Shown here: positions 37,704 to 51,514 of the stretch, one piece after another
Position numbering within the stretch: position 1 is the first letter of the stretch
Layout: each line of letters opens with the position of its first letter
From: Octopus sinensis
Taxonomy: Eukaryota
NCBI RefSeq assembly: GCF_006345805.1
Contig: NC_043001.1
Span: forward strand, 121,644,001 to 121,708,000
Direction of reading: 5' to 3'
Length of the DNA stretch: 64,000 nt
The notes under the pieces: generated by a model
Database searches by the model: none
Told to the model about the DNA's origin: nothing
The model's input: the letters and a program-made list of their open reading frames with translations, nothing else
Position numbers and translations under genes: made by a program

Positions 37704-38369
37704 GCTTAGCACCAAATTTGTGGCCTGAATCTATGTTAGGGATCAGAGTACTTGTGTTGTATAAAGATGCAAAATTTAGAAGCTATTTCACAATATAGAC
37801 GTATGTAAATATCTGCTAAGATCTAAGGGGGATTTTTAAGGATTAGTATTAATTTCTGATTTCACAGTGTTGTCCTTTGTCAATTTGCTAAGATCTGAGG
37901 GGGCTTTTAGGGGGTCATTTTTAACCATTCATTTTCTTGTATTAGCCCTTTCTTAAAACAGAACGATGTTGGGGACAGGGGACAAACACAGACACACAAA
38001 CAGATACACACAAATATATATATATATATATATATGGTGGGCTTCTTTCAGTTTCTGTCTACCAAATCCTCTCACAAGACTTTGGTTGGCCCGAGGCTAT
38101 AGTAGAAGACACTTGCCCAAGATACCATGCAGTGGAACTGAACTCGGAACCACATGGTTGGTAAGCAAGCTACTTACCGCACAGCCACTCCTGCACCAAA
38201 TAGTTTACTAAGATCTAAAAGAATTATTAAGGGTCAGCCCTTCACTCCAATTTTATACTGTTGAATGAATAAGATATAAATCTCCCGGGATAGGAAGCTA
38301 GTCTTTCTCATGCAACACTCCTGATTGATGGACAAATTATCAACAACTAAATTGATAAACTAGAGAGAT

Positions 38370-38538
38370 ACAGTTCTATATTTATGAAATGAGGAATTAT
38401 GTACATTATTTACATTTGACGGATATTTGTCCTCATCTTATTTGTTGCTAACATGATTTGGCTGATATACCCTCCATCCTTCATCAGGTGTCTTGGGGAA
38501 ATTTTGAACCTGGGTTCTCATTCCTAAGTATTTTTTGA

Positions 38539-38573
<35 letters not shown>

Positions 38574-38819
38574 TCACTGCCTGGAATTAAACTCAGAATC
38601 TCGGGGTTAGCAGCACGCGCTCTTAACCCCAAGATTCCCAGTTCCAGGCAGTGACCTGAATAATAATAATAATAATAATATAATAATAATAACAACAACA
38701 TCGAAAAATACCTTAGGAATGAGAACCTTGGTTTGAACTTGATAAAGGCTGGAGGGTATATCAGCCGAAACGTTGTGTCAACAACAAACAAGATGGGGAC
38801 AAATATCCTTTGAATGTAA
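38370..38819. mobile_element. Same hammerhead SINE family, inverted dimer
   Basis: Two opposed copies joined near 38630. Perfect 15-bp direct repeat ATAAACTAGAGAGAT at 38355-38369 and 38820-38834. Confidence 0.85.
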
Positions 38820-38850
38820 ATAAACTAGAGAGATGTTAGATAGTTTAATC

Positions 38851-39135
38851 CAGTGGTTCCCAAAGGGGGCAGTATCCTCCCCACCCACGAAGAGAAGCAG
38901 TGGAAAGTTCCAAGGGGACATTGAAGAAAAGAGGGGCAATAACGGGGTAGCGATTCATGTAAAAATTGGGGCAATAATGGGTTCATTTGGTTAAGTTTTA
39001 TTTGTGAAATACAGTTGCTTTGAATTTGCTTCAGAAAGAGGTCTATGCTTGTGATGGTTAGTTGGGGGTGGTGGCGCTAGGAGTGTGGCCTGGGCATCAA
39101 AGGGGCGGCAACCCGAAAAAGTTTGGGAACCACTG
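38851..39135. mobile_element. hAT (Charlie-like) MITE, 285 bp
   Basis: Perfect 14-bp TIR CAGTGGTTCCCAAA / TTTGGGAACCACTG. The 8-bp flanks GTTTAATC and CTTTAGTC match at 6 of 8 positions. Confidence 0.85.
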
Positions 39136-39514
39136 CTTTAGTCAAGTGCACAGATCCAAATACAGACCACCATCACCACCACCACCACCATCATCGTCAT
39201 CCTCATTTACCATCGATGTTCCATGCTAGAATGAGTCAGATGGTTTGCCAGAATGGATCAGATCTGATGTGTTTAAGGAGTGTGTCCGCGATGACTGGAT
39301 ACCCTTGCTAAACACCAACCACTCACATATGGAAACTGTACAGAAACCCATTGAATGAACTATACCAGTAATTTGACAGCCCAGCCCAGCCCAGCCTTGT
39401 CACAAATTCCAGTAGTTAACCGGTACATATTTTCATTAGCCCTTGCTGGATTTGAACTCAAAACAAGTTGGAGAGGAGGGACAAAAGTGAGCAACTTAGA
39501 AACCATCAGTTATA

Positions 39515-39577
39515 TATTTAGTAGCAGTAGTAGTGGTGGTGGTGGTTGCTGTGATAGTAGTAGTAGTGGTGGTGGCT

Positions 39578-39618
<41 letters not shown>

Positions 39619-39726
39619 GGTGGTGGTGGCGGCTGTGATAGTAGTAGTAGTGGCTGTGATAGTAGTAGTAGTAGTAGTGAAGTAGTAGTAGTAGTAGTGG
39701 TAGTGGCTGTGATAGTAGTAGTAGTG

Positions 39727-39772
<46 letters not shown>

Positions 39773-39844
39773 CTGTGGAAGTAGTAGTAGTAGTAGTAGT
39801 GGTGGTGGTGGTGGTAGCTGTGATAGTAGTAGTAGTGGCTGTGA

Positions 39845-39875
<31 letters not shown>

Positions 39876-39884
39876 GGCTGTGAA

Positions 39885-39919
<35 letters not shown>

Positions 39920-39925
39920 CTGTGA

Positions 39926-39958
<33 letters not shown>

Positions 39959-40030
39959 CTGTGAAAGTAAGTAGTAGTAGTAGTAGTAGTGGTGGTGGCT
40001 GTGATAGTAGTAGTAGTAGTAGTAGTAATA
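39515..40030. repeat. (TAG)n/(TGG)n microsatellite with recurring GCTGTGA higher-order units
   Basis: Direct reading. This explains the poly-S/V/T/Y ORFs in the track. Confidence 0.95.
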
Positions 40031-40149
40031 GATGAAATTTATAAGAATAATCAAGATAAGACAATGTTACAATGGAATCTACAAAGTATTTTTATCCAAA
40101 TATCTAAATTGTATATATAGGTTGTGATGAGTAAATGATATTGGTGCCT

Positions 40150-40740
40150 GGTGGTGGTGGTGGTGGTGAGAATGAGGAAGGTGGCGATGATGTCGTCTGA
40201 TTGTAGTCATGGTGATGGCAATGGTGTTGTTGCCTAGTGGTGGTGGTGGTGGTGATGTTTGTAGTGACTGTAGTAATATGGAGAAGGCGGAGATGACGGT
40301 GGCGGTGATGGCTGATGGTGGTAATGGTGATGATGATGGTGGTGGTGGTGGTGGTAGTGGCAATGAGGATGGTGATGTTGGGGTGGTGATGGTGGTGGTG
40401 ATGATGTAGTGGTGGTGATTATTGAGTGGCAGTGATGTTGGTAGTGGTGGTGATGACAATGGTGGTAGTGGTGGTGATGATGGCGGTGGTGGTGATGGTA
40501 GTGGCAATGATGATGGTGATGATGGCATTGGCAGTGATGTCGGTGGTGGTGACGATGGTGGTGATGATGATGGTGGTGGTGGTGATGACGATGGTGGTGG
40601 TGGTGATAGATGATGGCAGTTGTGGTAATGATGATGGTGGTGGTGGTGGTGATGATGGTTGTGGTGAACGCAATGGTGGTGGTGATGGTGGTGGTAGTAG
40701 CAATGATGATGGTGATGATGGTGATGGTGGGGATAATGAT
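40150..40740. repeat. (GGT/GAT)n low-complexity tract
   Basis: Direct reading. Confidence 0.9.
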
Positions 40741-41248
40741 CAGGTCGGCAGGGTTCCTATGACATTTTAAGAAGAATGGTACTGCAACCTAAATTTACAA
40801 ACCTCCCCCACCCCCACTCCACCCCACCCACCTTCCCCACCACCTCGAAAAATATTATTAATATCTGGCAGGAAGCACAATGCAGAAATAAACTTGTGTG
40901 CAAAAATGTTAGGCATTCATTCATTTGTCGCCTGCTACGAAAATTTATGGGGGTGTTGGGGGGGGGGAGAACGAATCTTCAGCTCAAGAATCCATTGTTG
41001 GGGAAGGATCAAAATGAATCTTTAAAAAAAAAAAAAATGGGTTGATGGTAGAATGGTATCAGAACTGTTGTTGGGTAGGGGCTGAGGTAAGTAACTTGGC
41101 AACCCAGATATCCCCCCCCCCTTTGCGAAGAAACTGATGGAAGTAACTATCAACAAATGAAATGCCTTTGATAATTTGGTAACAGACGTTGGTGTTCCTT
41201 AATTTGGCAGCGCAATGAAGCTTTGATGTTTTCAGTTTCTCTGCTTAA

Positions 41249-41713
41249 CCCTTTTGTTGCCGTATTTCTGTTGAGATGCTCTGAGTTACTTTCAATTAAT
41301 TTTAAATATAACAAAGAATTTAGTAAACTAACTTAGTTATCATTAAGCTGGAGTTAGGAACATAAATTGTGACTAAGGTTTGGTAGAAGATTCTAATTCA
41401 GAACTTTCGAAAACAAGACATTTGTTCTACAGAGCCAGAGGTGGTTTCAGACGGGTTGATATCAAAAGGGTTAAATTATTCATTTGTTAACCCTTTTGTT
41501 ATTGTATCTATTTTGAGATGCTCTGTGTGTCTTTCACTTAATTTTAAATATAACAAAGAATTTAGTGAAATAACTTAGTCATCATTCAGCTAGTGTTAGG
41601 AACATAAATTGTGACTAACGTTTGGTGGAAGATTTTTAATTCAAAACTTATGGAAACAAGGCATTTGTACTACAGAGCCAGAGGTGGTTTCAACCACGTT
41701 GGTATCGAAAGGG
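41249..41713 (-). mobile_element. Adjacent pair of TTAA-flanked (piggyBac-like) MITEs of about 222 bp (41249-41470, 41491-41713)
   Basis: TTAA|CCCTTT...AAAGGG|TTAA termini on both copies, with a shared internal sequence. Confidence 0.8.
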
Positions 41714-43627
41714 TTAAATGCTGCAGAGTTTTAACTTTAGAAGAACAAAGAGTTTTAAATATTTGATGTTATCCACTAGTTATACTTCTTGAACTGTGAA
41801 GACACGAGGCTTAGTGGTGAGGATGTTCAGTTCACAGTCATATATATATATATAGGAACATTTGCCTTGTCTCATTCTGTCATGCTGAATCTCCCTGAGA
41901 ACTACGTTAAGGGTACACATGTCTGTGGAGTGCTCAGCCATTTGCAGGTTAATTTCATGAGCAGGCTGTTCCATTGATTGGATTAACTGGTCAATACTCG
42001 TTATTATAAGCAACAGAGTGCAAGTTATGTTATACTTCTTGAATTATTGCTTTTAAAATAACCCATTAGTGTTTGTGGTTTGATAATTCTTAAATGCATA
42101 GGTGCCACACTGTATGTGAAGAATTCAGTCTTGTAATGGTAAGAAGCTGCACATTACATCATAGCTTCTATCAAGGCATTATTCCACAGATATGAGCTAT
42201 GCTCTTTTTATTACTAGTCTGAGATTAAAGAAGAATAAGTTTTATTTTGGTTTGTTTATGACGATTTTATAATTAAGAAATAAATGGTAGCTACTTCTTG
42301 AAGGAAATATAATGAAAAAGAGGTATGAAGAAGAAATATGAATGAATGCTTAAAAAAATGGGTTGATGGTGAGGAACTGTTAATGAAACCGGTAGCTGAA
42401 GGACAGTAAATGAGACACTATGTTTAGTATCTTTACATTAAGGAGTGGAATGTATGGTTTTCAGTAATTCAGATTGCCTCATGGCCCCAGCAGACAAAAT
42501 GGTAAAGGCATTGACCTAAAGGAAGCCAAATAACCACGAACATTTCAAAAACTCATACATCTATAGATTTTAGCAAGGAGAGGAAAAAAAAAAGAAAAAA
42601 TTTCATCAAATTATTTAAAAGCTAATAAAATTGCTTTTTGTTAGATTTTGGTTAAAACTTATTGAGAAAATCGGGGGAACAAAAAAAGAATTTACGTGGC
42701 TCTGTGAAAGAATCTCATCAGCTATTGTACAAGGCAATGCAGCCAGCAGTCTCTCTTGTCTCTGCTCATCTATTTTCAAGTGAACTATTTTCTGTTTTAT
42801 TTCTTTGTATATATATTTTATACGAACTATCAATATGTAACTGCCAACAAGATATAAGACATTGTGAATAATGCATACAAACAGACAGGATTTTAATGTA
42901 ATTTGACATTTTTTTTTGTTGGTCTGACAATAAGCTGTGATAAATGTCTATAGTTAATTCTTGGTTCTCAATAAGGTGGTGAGCTGGTGGATTTGTAAGT
43001 ACACTGGGCAAGCGCTTAGCAGCATTTCACCTGTCTTTAACTTTCTTCCATCAAACAAGGCCACCAGCAAAGGCTATAGTAGAAGATACTTGCCCAAGGT
43101 GCCATGCAGTGGGACTGAACCCGGAACCATGTGGTTGGTAAGCAAGCTACTTACCACACAGCCACTCCTGCGCCTCTGCTGACTCTTTCACCACAACTTT
43201 CTCTCACCCTTTTCTCCTGCATCTAGCAGCTCACCAGTGACGGACCAGCGTCCTGTCCAGGTGCGGAACCTATGGTCAACAAAACTGGGAAGCCAGCCCT
43301 TATGAACCAGGCATAGCTCGAGAAGGAACAAACAACAAACAACAATAATGCTATGTAGAAGCCTAGTGTATATTATTTTATTCATTCTTTTATTTTATTC
43401 ATCAAAACTACATGGTTCAGAGTTGAACTCCATACCAAGGTACCTTAGGCAGGTGTCTTTTACTGTTGCCTAATGCTTTGTGGTAGAGGCACATGACCTA
43501 GTGGTTAGAGCAGTGAACTCGTGGTTGAGGGATTGCGGGTTTGAATCTCAGAGCAGGCAATGTGTGTGTTTATGAGTGAAGCAGCTAAGCTCCACGTGGC
43601 TCTGGCAGAAGGTAATGGTGAACCTCT

Positions 43628-43950
43628 CTTTACTTGTTTCAGCCAGTTGACTGTGGCCATGCTGGAGCACCACCTTTAGTCGAGCAAATCGATCCCAGGA
43701 CTTATTTTTTGTAAGCCTAGTACTTATTCTATCGGTCTCTTTTGCCGAACCGCTAAGTTACGGGGACGTAAACACACCAGCATCAGTTGTCAAGCGATGT
43801 TGGGGGGACAAACACAGACACACAAACACATACACACACACATATATATATACATATATATGACGGGCTCCTTTCAGTTTCTGTCTACCAAATCCACTCA
43901 CAAGGCTTTGGTCGGCCCGAGGCTATAGTAGAAGACACTTGCCCAAGGTG
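43628..43950 (-). mobile_element. SINE family A, 5'-truncated
   Basis: Near-consensus body and tail. Confidence 0.8.
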
Positions 43951-45686
43951 CTCTTAGCCATCTCTTCATTTCCAATACAAACCCTGCATTCAATACATTT
44001 CATGCAGTCCTTTCTCCTTGGGACTGGCCCCTTCTGGAGTTCTCGTCTTTTCATCCCTAACCACAAACTTGCAATGATTTAAACTGAAGATAAATCAAAT
44101 TGATGTAACCCTAATCTTAACCTTAACCTTATGATCTATATCTTCCATTTATGATATACTTTTCCTCCTACAGACTGAGATGAAATAAATATGTCGGCCA
44201 ATTATATATATCTGTCTTCAACTTCAGCCAATAATTGCCTTTCATATAAAACAAGATTGTTTTTAATAATTTGCTACTATGGAGTTTTTTCTTCCATTTT
44301 TTTTATTTATCATTGTCATGTCATAAAAAAACAAACGAATTCCTAATGAACTGGAAAAGCTTGTTATCAAACAGAATTATTCACGACCATAAATGATGAT
44401 CGTATATTTCTTTTTTAACATCGACAAAAAAAGAAAAAAAAAATCGTTTTCATCCTTGTCTGTCTTGATATTGAATTTGTGACAGTAAAATGCTCTTTTC
44501 ATGAAATGGAAAAAAAATAAATGGTTGCTTGCTTCATATTTTATTGACCCTGGTAAGATGAAAATCAAAAGTGGTTCCCGTCAGATTTGAATCCAGAAAA
44601 TTAAAGATCAATACCGAGTATTATATAATTTGTGAATTTGGGTCAGTCCTCATCCTACAAGGGAATAAAGTAAAGGAGCAAAGTTTAGTGAGTAAGCTGT
44701 AAGGCTTTCAATTGTAAAGTCTTGGGTTCAAGTCTTCGATCAGGCAGCACGTTAGATCAAATTGCAGGGGACACAGCAAGGAATACATGCACAGAGTTTG
44801 GGAGCCGTCCTAAGGCTGTGGTGAAAGCTTCTTTGAATAAACTGTTATCCCCCAGTGATAACCTAGTCAATATTTTTTGATTTTTTTAAAAATTACTTTT
44901 ATTCTTAGATAGGATATTGTATTTCTTTCTTCCTTTTACATAAACTGTGAAATTTAGTCCAAACACCCTGTATGTTAGCATTGAATTGAAACAGTTAGAT
45001 AAAGCATGGTACAAAATATCAAGTCATACTTGTTTGTGAGTGATAACTGGTTCTTTATTTATGCTCACAGGGCTTAATGACCCAAAGGTCAGAGTAAAAG
45101 AGACATGACTATGTGTTGAACTCTGCAGCGTATAGTTCTAAAACAAATTTCATGACCATGCAATTATTTATTAAATAAATACTTTCAGTCTTTAGAAACA
45201 TAACTTATCAAAAGTTTTATGACCGGATGCTCCAATTTAAATATAAACACTGTAGAATAGACACATTGATTCACAGAACTGGTGGAGGTGGTGATGCTAC
45301 CAGTGGTGTCAGGCTGGTTGGTAAGCGAAGAGTTAAAGTTTATACTTGGGAGTAACACTAACTGCACAGAGAAGATAAAACTACAAGAGAGTAAGTGTTT
45401 CAAGTTGTGGAACTCATACAGTTGCATGGAACTTTATAAAACATATTTTGAATGCCAACAAATACTGCTTGAGACACAAAAATCTGATGAGTTCAAACAC
45501 ACACACACATACACATTTTGCATGGTTATATAATTGGACAGAGGCCTCATTCCTCATCAGTCTCATCTGAGCTTCAATATGATCCTTGTTGCTCTTCTAT
45601 TGCTACACAATAAATCAAAAATGTGCAAGAGCTTCTATGAAATTGTTTGACCTGGTAAATAAATACAGCAGTCAAGTCCACCTTAA

Positions 45687-46150
45687 TCCCTTTGATAACA
45701 ACCTGGCTGAAACTGCCTCTGGTCCTGTGGTACAAATGTCTTGTTTACATAAGTTTTGAATTAAAATCTTCCACCAAACCTCAGTCACAATTTATGTTCC
45801 TAACACTAACTTAATGATAACTAAGTTATTTTGCTAAATTCTTTGTTATATTTAAAATTAATTGAAAGAAACACAGAGCATCTCAACAGAAATATGGTCA
45901 CAAAAGGGTTAAAATATATAATAGAGAAATAATTCTTAACCCTTTCATTACCAACCCGGCTGAAACCACCTGTGGCTCTGAGTACAAATGTCTTGTTTTC
46001 ATAAGTTTTGAATTAAAATCTTCCACCAAACCTTAGTCACAATTTATGTTCCTAACACTAGCTGAATGATAACTAAGTTATTTTACTAAATTCTTTGTTA
46101 TATTTAAAATTGATAGAAAGAAACACAAAGCATCTCAACAGAAATACAGT
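45687..46150 (+). mobile_element. Adjacent pair of the same piggyBac-like MITE (second copy lacks its right end)
   Basis: TTAA at 45683-45686, 45909-45912 and 45936-45939; CCCTTT and AAAGGG termini. Confidence 0.75.
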
Positions 46151-46965
46151 TTAAGACACCCTACTGTCTTAAGCAAAAAAGAACACATTAGTTAATATTA
46201 TCTCCAATGTGTGATACCTGAAGCAATAAGGATAGATCACGGAAGTGAAGGATATGGCAATACAAGTGCTGGAGGGTTAAAAGTGTAGCTTTAATTAAAC
46301 AATATAATTTTAACCCTGATGTTCAAGTGATTCAGAAAATCTACCACAGCTTAAGGCAGTTAATTAATTGATTAATAATGCACTATAAAGTGCTTATTGG
46401 ATAATTTGAACTGTAATATAGGATGTAACCTTTAGGCAAAAGACATGGGTGTGTAAGCACAGGTGTGGCAGTGTGACTCAGAAGTTTGCTTCCCGACTAT
46501 GTGGGCTTGGGTTCATTCCCATCATGAGCTACTTTGGGCAAGTGTCTTTGGTAGAAGGAAACTGAAAGAAGACCACTGTATGTATGTGTATGGATATATA
46601 TATTCATACACATAGACCACGTGTGCATCGTTGGTGATTTTCTTTCTCCATCTTCCCTTCTTTGGACTTTTTCAATATTTCCGATGAAGAGCTCCACTCG
46701 AAATGTGAAATCCTCTTTCTTTTCTTTCCTTTCCTGAGCGTTCAATAACACTATACTTATTCCAAGTCCTCGCATTGTTGATTTTTCTTGCTTGTTCATG
46801 TTTAGATTAACTATATATATATATATATATATATTTATAAAAAGTGTAGGTGGCATACGAGTGCCATATATTTATAAATATATATATATATATATAGTAA
46901 ATTGTTCTGTGTAAAAAGGTCAACAAGAATAGTACTCTGTCCTGTCTAAGGAGAGTCCAGTAGTA

Positions 46966-47092
46966 ATGCATGCGTTTCACTCCATATGTATTACACACGC
47001 TACTAAATGTTTCACGTACATGACATATACATTGTCATGTACATGTAACTATTAATAGCATGTGTAATACATATGGAGTGAAATGCATACAT
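46966..47092. repeat. Long inverted repeat: 60-bp arms, 7-nt loop
   Basis: Arms 46966-47025 and 47033-47092 match at 52 of 60 positions, including a 23-bp perfect run TTTCACTCCATATGTATTACACA. Confidence 0.9.
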
Positions 47093-47247
47093 TGATATAT
47101 ATATGGCAAAAATATGAAATTTGGTATTATTTATTCTTAGTTTTGACTGATATACAGCACCAACCGAAACTACATATTGGATTGTAATAATGGAATAAGC
47201 AGTTAAGCTTCAAGAGGAAATGGCTGGGATTTACTCCAGCTACACAT

Positions 47248-47294
<47 letters not shown>

Positions 47295-47698
47295 CACATG
47301 TGCGCGCACACGCACACACACATATGTATGTATGTATTATTTTGTATAATATTGTATAATACTTTTGTTATAATGATTCTGATATATTCTTTTATCTTGT
47401 AAAACAAATCTGTGTTTTTTCATCATTTTTCTTTCGTTGTATATATGTTAGTATATATATATATATATTGTGGCACTCTGTCGGTTATGATGATGAGGAT
47501 TCCAGTTGATCCGATCAACAGAACAACCTGCTCATGAAATTAATGTGCAAGTGGCCAAGCACTCCACAGACACGTGTACTCAACGTAGTTCTCGGGGAGA
47601 TTCAGCATGACATGGAGTGTGACATGGAAATCGAAACTGTGATCCTATGACCACGAGTCTGCTGCTCTAACAACTGAGCCATTGTGCCTCCACACACA

Positions 47699-47736
<38 letters not shown>

Positions 47737-48553
47737 ACACACACACATATACACACACATAAATAAATATATATATATACACACAAGGGTGTGTATAATT
47801 GTGTATAGAAGAATATATTACTCAAAGAAATTCCAACTTTGTCTGATTTTCATGTTTTATTTACAATCTTATAATAATATAATATAAGATAATATAATAT
47901 AATGAAATGATAGAATATTAAATGTCCATTTTGATTGAACTAGTACTTTCATGCATTAAACTATGCAATCTTCAGGTTCATGTATTAATGGTGACGGTTA
48001 TGTTTTACAATTTACAACTGTTTCAAATTTTGGCATAAGGCCAGGAGACTGCTGGTCTTATGCCAAATAAGTGAATTACATCAACTCCAGTATTTAACTG
48101 GTACTTATTTTATTATATCAACCCCAAAGGGCTGAAAGGCAAAGTAGACCTCAGTAGAATTTAAATTCAGGGTACAAAGAGCAAAAGAAATTCCACAAGG
48201 CCTTTGTTTGATGTGTTAATGATTCTGCCAGGCTGCCATCTTTGATAACCCTTTCATGAATGCGATACAGTTTTAGCTTCACTTTGAAATGTAAATAAAT
48301 GTAAACAAATGCAAATAGTTTCTGTCCACCGCGTGATAAAAATAATTGTTTATATTTTATAGCAAAGCTAAAATTGTTTTGTGCCATTAAAAGTTTACAT
48401 TACATTTCATATTAAATAACTGCCTGTCCTGTCTAAGACTAGGAAATAAAAAATTGTTTCTGACATAAGCAGAAAGCTTCGTTATAGGAGAATGAAGTCT
48501 GGTTGATTATAATGGTCCCAGTTCTTATCTAATACTATGATTTATTGTTCCCA

Positions 48554-48587
<34 letters not shown>

Positions 48588-48669
48588 GTTTAACGTCTGA
48601 CTTCCATACTGGCATGGGTTGGATGGTTTCACAGGAGCTGACCAAGCAGGAGCCTGACCAGACTTCTGT

Positions 48670-48980
48670 GTCAGTTTTGGCATGGGTTTTACAGCTGGAT
48701 GTCCTTCCTAACACCAACCACCCAGCAGAGTGGACACAGTGCTTTTTACGTGGCACAAACACAGGTGAGGTCAGTTTTGGCACAGGTTTCACAACTGGAT
48801 GTCCAACCACCCAGCAGAGTGGACAGAGTGCTTTTTACATAGCACAAACACAGGTGAGGTCAGTTTTGGCACAGGTTTCACAACTGGATGTCCAACCACC
48901 CAGCAGAGTGGGCAGAGTGCTTTTTACGTGGCACAAGCACAGGTGAGGTCAGTTTTGGCACAGGTTTTATAGCTGGATAT
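48670..48980. repeat. 89-100-bp tandem repeat inside a family C element
   Basis: GTCAGTTTTGGCA anchor at 48670, 48770, 48859 and 48948. Confidence 0.85.
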
Positions 48981-49569
48981 AATACATTGAATTAAACAAT
49001 TCTATAATACTCCAGGCACAAGGCCTGAAATTTTATGGGGAGATGGCTAGTTTATCACATTGACCCTAGTAGTCAGCTCATACTTATTTCATTGACCTCG
49101 GAAGGATGACAAGCAAAGTTGACCCCAATGGAATTTCAAATGAGAACATAAAGCCAGACCAAATGTTATTAAGCACTTTCTCTGGCATCCTAACAATACT
49201 GCCCCCAGCTCATTTCTTTATATATAGATTACATAATCTTTTCTACTATAGGCACAAGGGGTGGGCCTGGTTGACATCAACCTCAGTTTTTGACAAGAAT
49301 TTATTTCATAGACCCTCAGAAAGATACAAGGCAGTTGGCCTTGGTGGAATTTGAACTCACAGCATAAATATGGACAGAATGCCGCTAAGCATTCTCTCCA
49401 GTGTCCTAACATGGCTTAGTAGTTAGAGTAGCGGACATGCAGTTGATGGATTGTGGGTTCAAATCTCAGACCAGGCAATGAGTGTGTTTATGAGTGAAAC
49501 ATCTTTAGGTATTTTTCACCTATATACATGTATATTGATATACATATATATTGCATGTATATATGTATA

Positions 49570-49735
49570 TATACATTTTCTATTTTCACTCCCTGTTTAT
49601 TTCTGTGTTCCTTTCTGTCGAAGAGCATTGGCTCGAAACGTAAAAGACTTTATCACTTCCTGAGTGTTAAACTAATAAATCTATTTGTTGTCTACACACC
49701 CGTCTTCTTTTGTTTTTTTGTAAATTCTCACTGTA
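49570..49735 (+). mobile_element. Penelope-like terminal fragment, second family (related copies at about 46615-46806 and 52700-52870)
   Basis: Shared GAAGAG-n5-6-CTCGAAA(CGT) motif followed by a T-rich tail ending at a (TA)n tract in three places. Confidence 0.5.
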
Positions 49736-50523
49736 TATGTATGTATGTGTGCATGTATGTATGTCTGTATGTATGTACGTATGTATGTATATATATATAT
49801 AATTCATACATACACACACACACACATATATGTATACACACACACACACACACACACATATATCAAATTACATCCGCAACTGAAAGAGCTACTTAATAGT
49901 TTCAGGCTACTATGATACTTGAACAGACATGTATCTTAAGATACACAGCATTATGCCATAATGCCATACACAGCGTTATTCCATATATCCTAAAGAAATC
50001 CTTCAGGCTCTGTTTGTGCTTTATTTATAATTTTTAAAAAGTATGCTGGTCAGTAAGAAAATAAGAAAACAAAAAACATAGAAAAAACATGAAGAAGTTT
50101 AGTACAAAAAATGGAATGAGAATATATATGTGTGTGTGTGTGCATGTTACAGTCTCCATGTCATGACATCATGTAATAGTTGTAAAATGAATGTCACTAT
50201 CATGTGAGTGCTGTTCTTCATTTCCTATATGCTGTTAAAACATGTCTGGTCATGGAGGAAATATTATCTTACTTGGAATCAGGTGAAAGTTGGCGACATG
50301 ACAGGAAGGATATCTGGCCACAGAAAATCTGTCTCAATGAAATGCAAAAAGCTAAAGCTAAAATATTCCATCTGACCCATGCATGTATAGAAAAATGGAT
50401 GTAAAAACCAATGGTGGTGATGGAGATGATGATGATGATTTATTGAATTCTGAGCACTGAGAACAGTGTGGTGGATTTAATATACAATGGAATGAAATAA
50501 TGGGTTTTTTTTTTTTGAAGTGA

Positions 50524-50943
50524 AGGAGTGGCTGTGTGGTAAGTAGCTTGCTTACCAACCACATAGTTCCATGTTCAGTCCCACTGCGTGGCACCTTGGG
50601 CAAGTGTCTTCTACTATAGCCTCAGGCTGACCAAAGCCTTGTGAGTGGACTTGGTAGACAGAAACTGAAAAGAAGCCTGTCGTATATATGTGTGTATATA
50701 TATATATATGTATGTATGTGTGTGTATATGTTTGTGTATCTGTGTTTGTCCCCCCCAACATCGCTTGACAACCGATGCTGGTGTGTTTACATCCCTGTAA
50801 CTTAGCGGTTCAGCAAAATAGACCGATAGAATAAGTACTAGGCTTCCAAAGAATAAGTCCTGGGATTGATTTGCTCGACTAAAGGCGGTGCTCCAGCATG
50901 ACCACAGTCACATGACTGAAACAAGTAAAAGAGAGTAAAGAGT
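50524..50943 (+). mobile_element. SINE family A, full-length
   Basis: Same head, body and tail as 35198-35595. Confidence 0.85.
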
Positions 50944-51476
50944 ATTGTAACTGCAAAAGAACAGATATGGCTGAGAATGACGTATATGTGTGAACATGAT
51001 AAAAACTAAAATAAACAACAACAACAGCAGCAGAGTATTGAAAGTGTATCATGAAAGGGATGAAGAAACACGCGTGAGATGAGAGAGAGAGAGGGAGCAA
51101 CTCATGATTAAAAGCATCAATCAGTGTTTACAAGGGAAATGACCAGAATGACATTTGTTTAAAACAAGTTAATTAGAATAGGAGGAGCATTGCTCATAAT
51201 CTTTGCAGAATCTCTCACACTGGTCTGATTGATCTAGTTGGTGTTATCCTAAACGGCTGCAGTAAGAATCATCATCATTATCATCATCGTTTAACGTCTG
51301 CTTTCCATGCTAGCATGGGTTAGATGATTTTACTGAGGACTGGTGAACCAGAGGGCTGCACCAGGCTCCAATCTTGTCACTTAGCCAAACCGCTAAGTGA
51401 CAAGGATGTAAACACACCAACATCAATTGTCAAACGATGGTGGAAGGGACAAATTCTGACACAAACAACAAATGCA

Positions 51477-51514
<38 letters not shown>

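Noticed and set aside
39355-40770. Longest ORFs in the track (226, 184, 178 and 149 aa), rich in S/V/T/Y/G
   Set aside because: They are translations of trinucleotide microsatellites, open in several frames on both strands, with no splice context.
42696-42769. Minus-strand DEQRQERLLAALPCTIADEILSQSH followed by GTAAAT, loosely like the adenylyl cyclase C1a entry helix
   Set aside because: Poor acceptor, only about 24 residues, and no other cyclase-like exons seen. The resemblance is probably chance; a tBLASTn would settle it.
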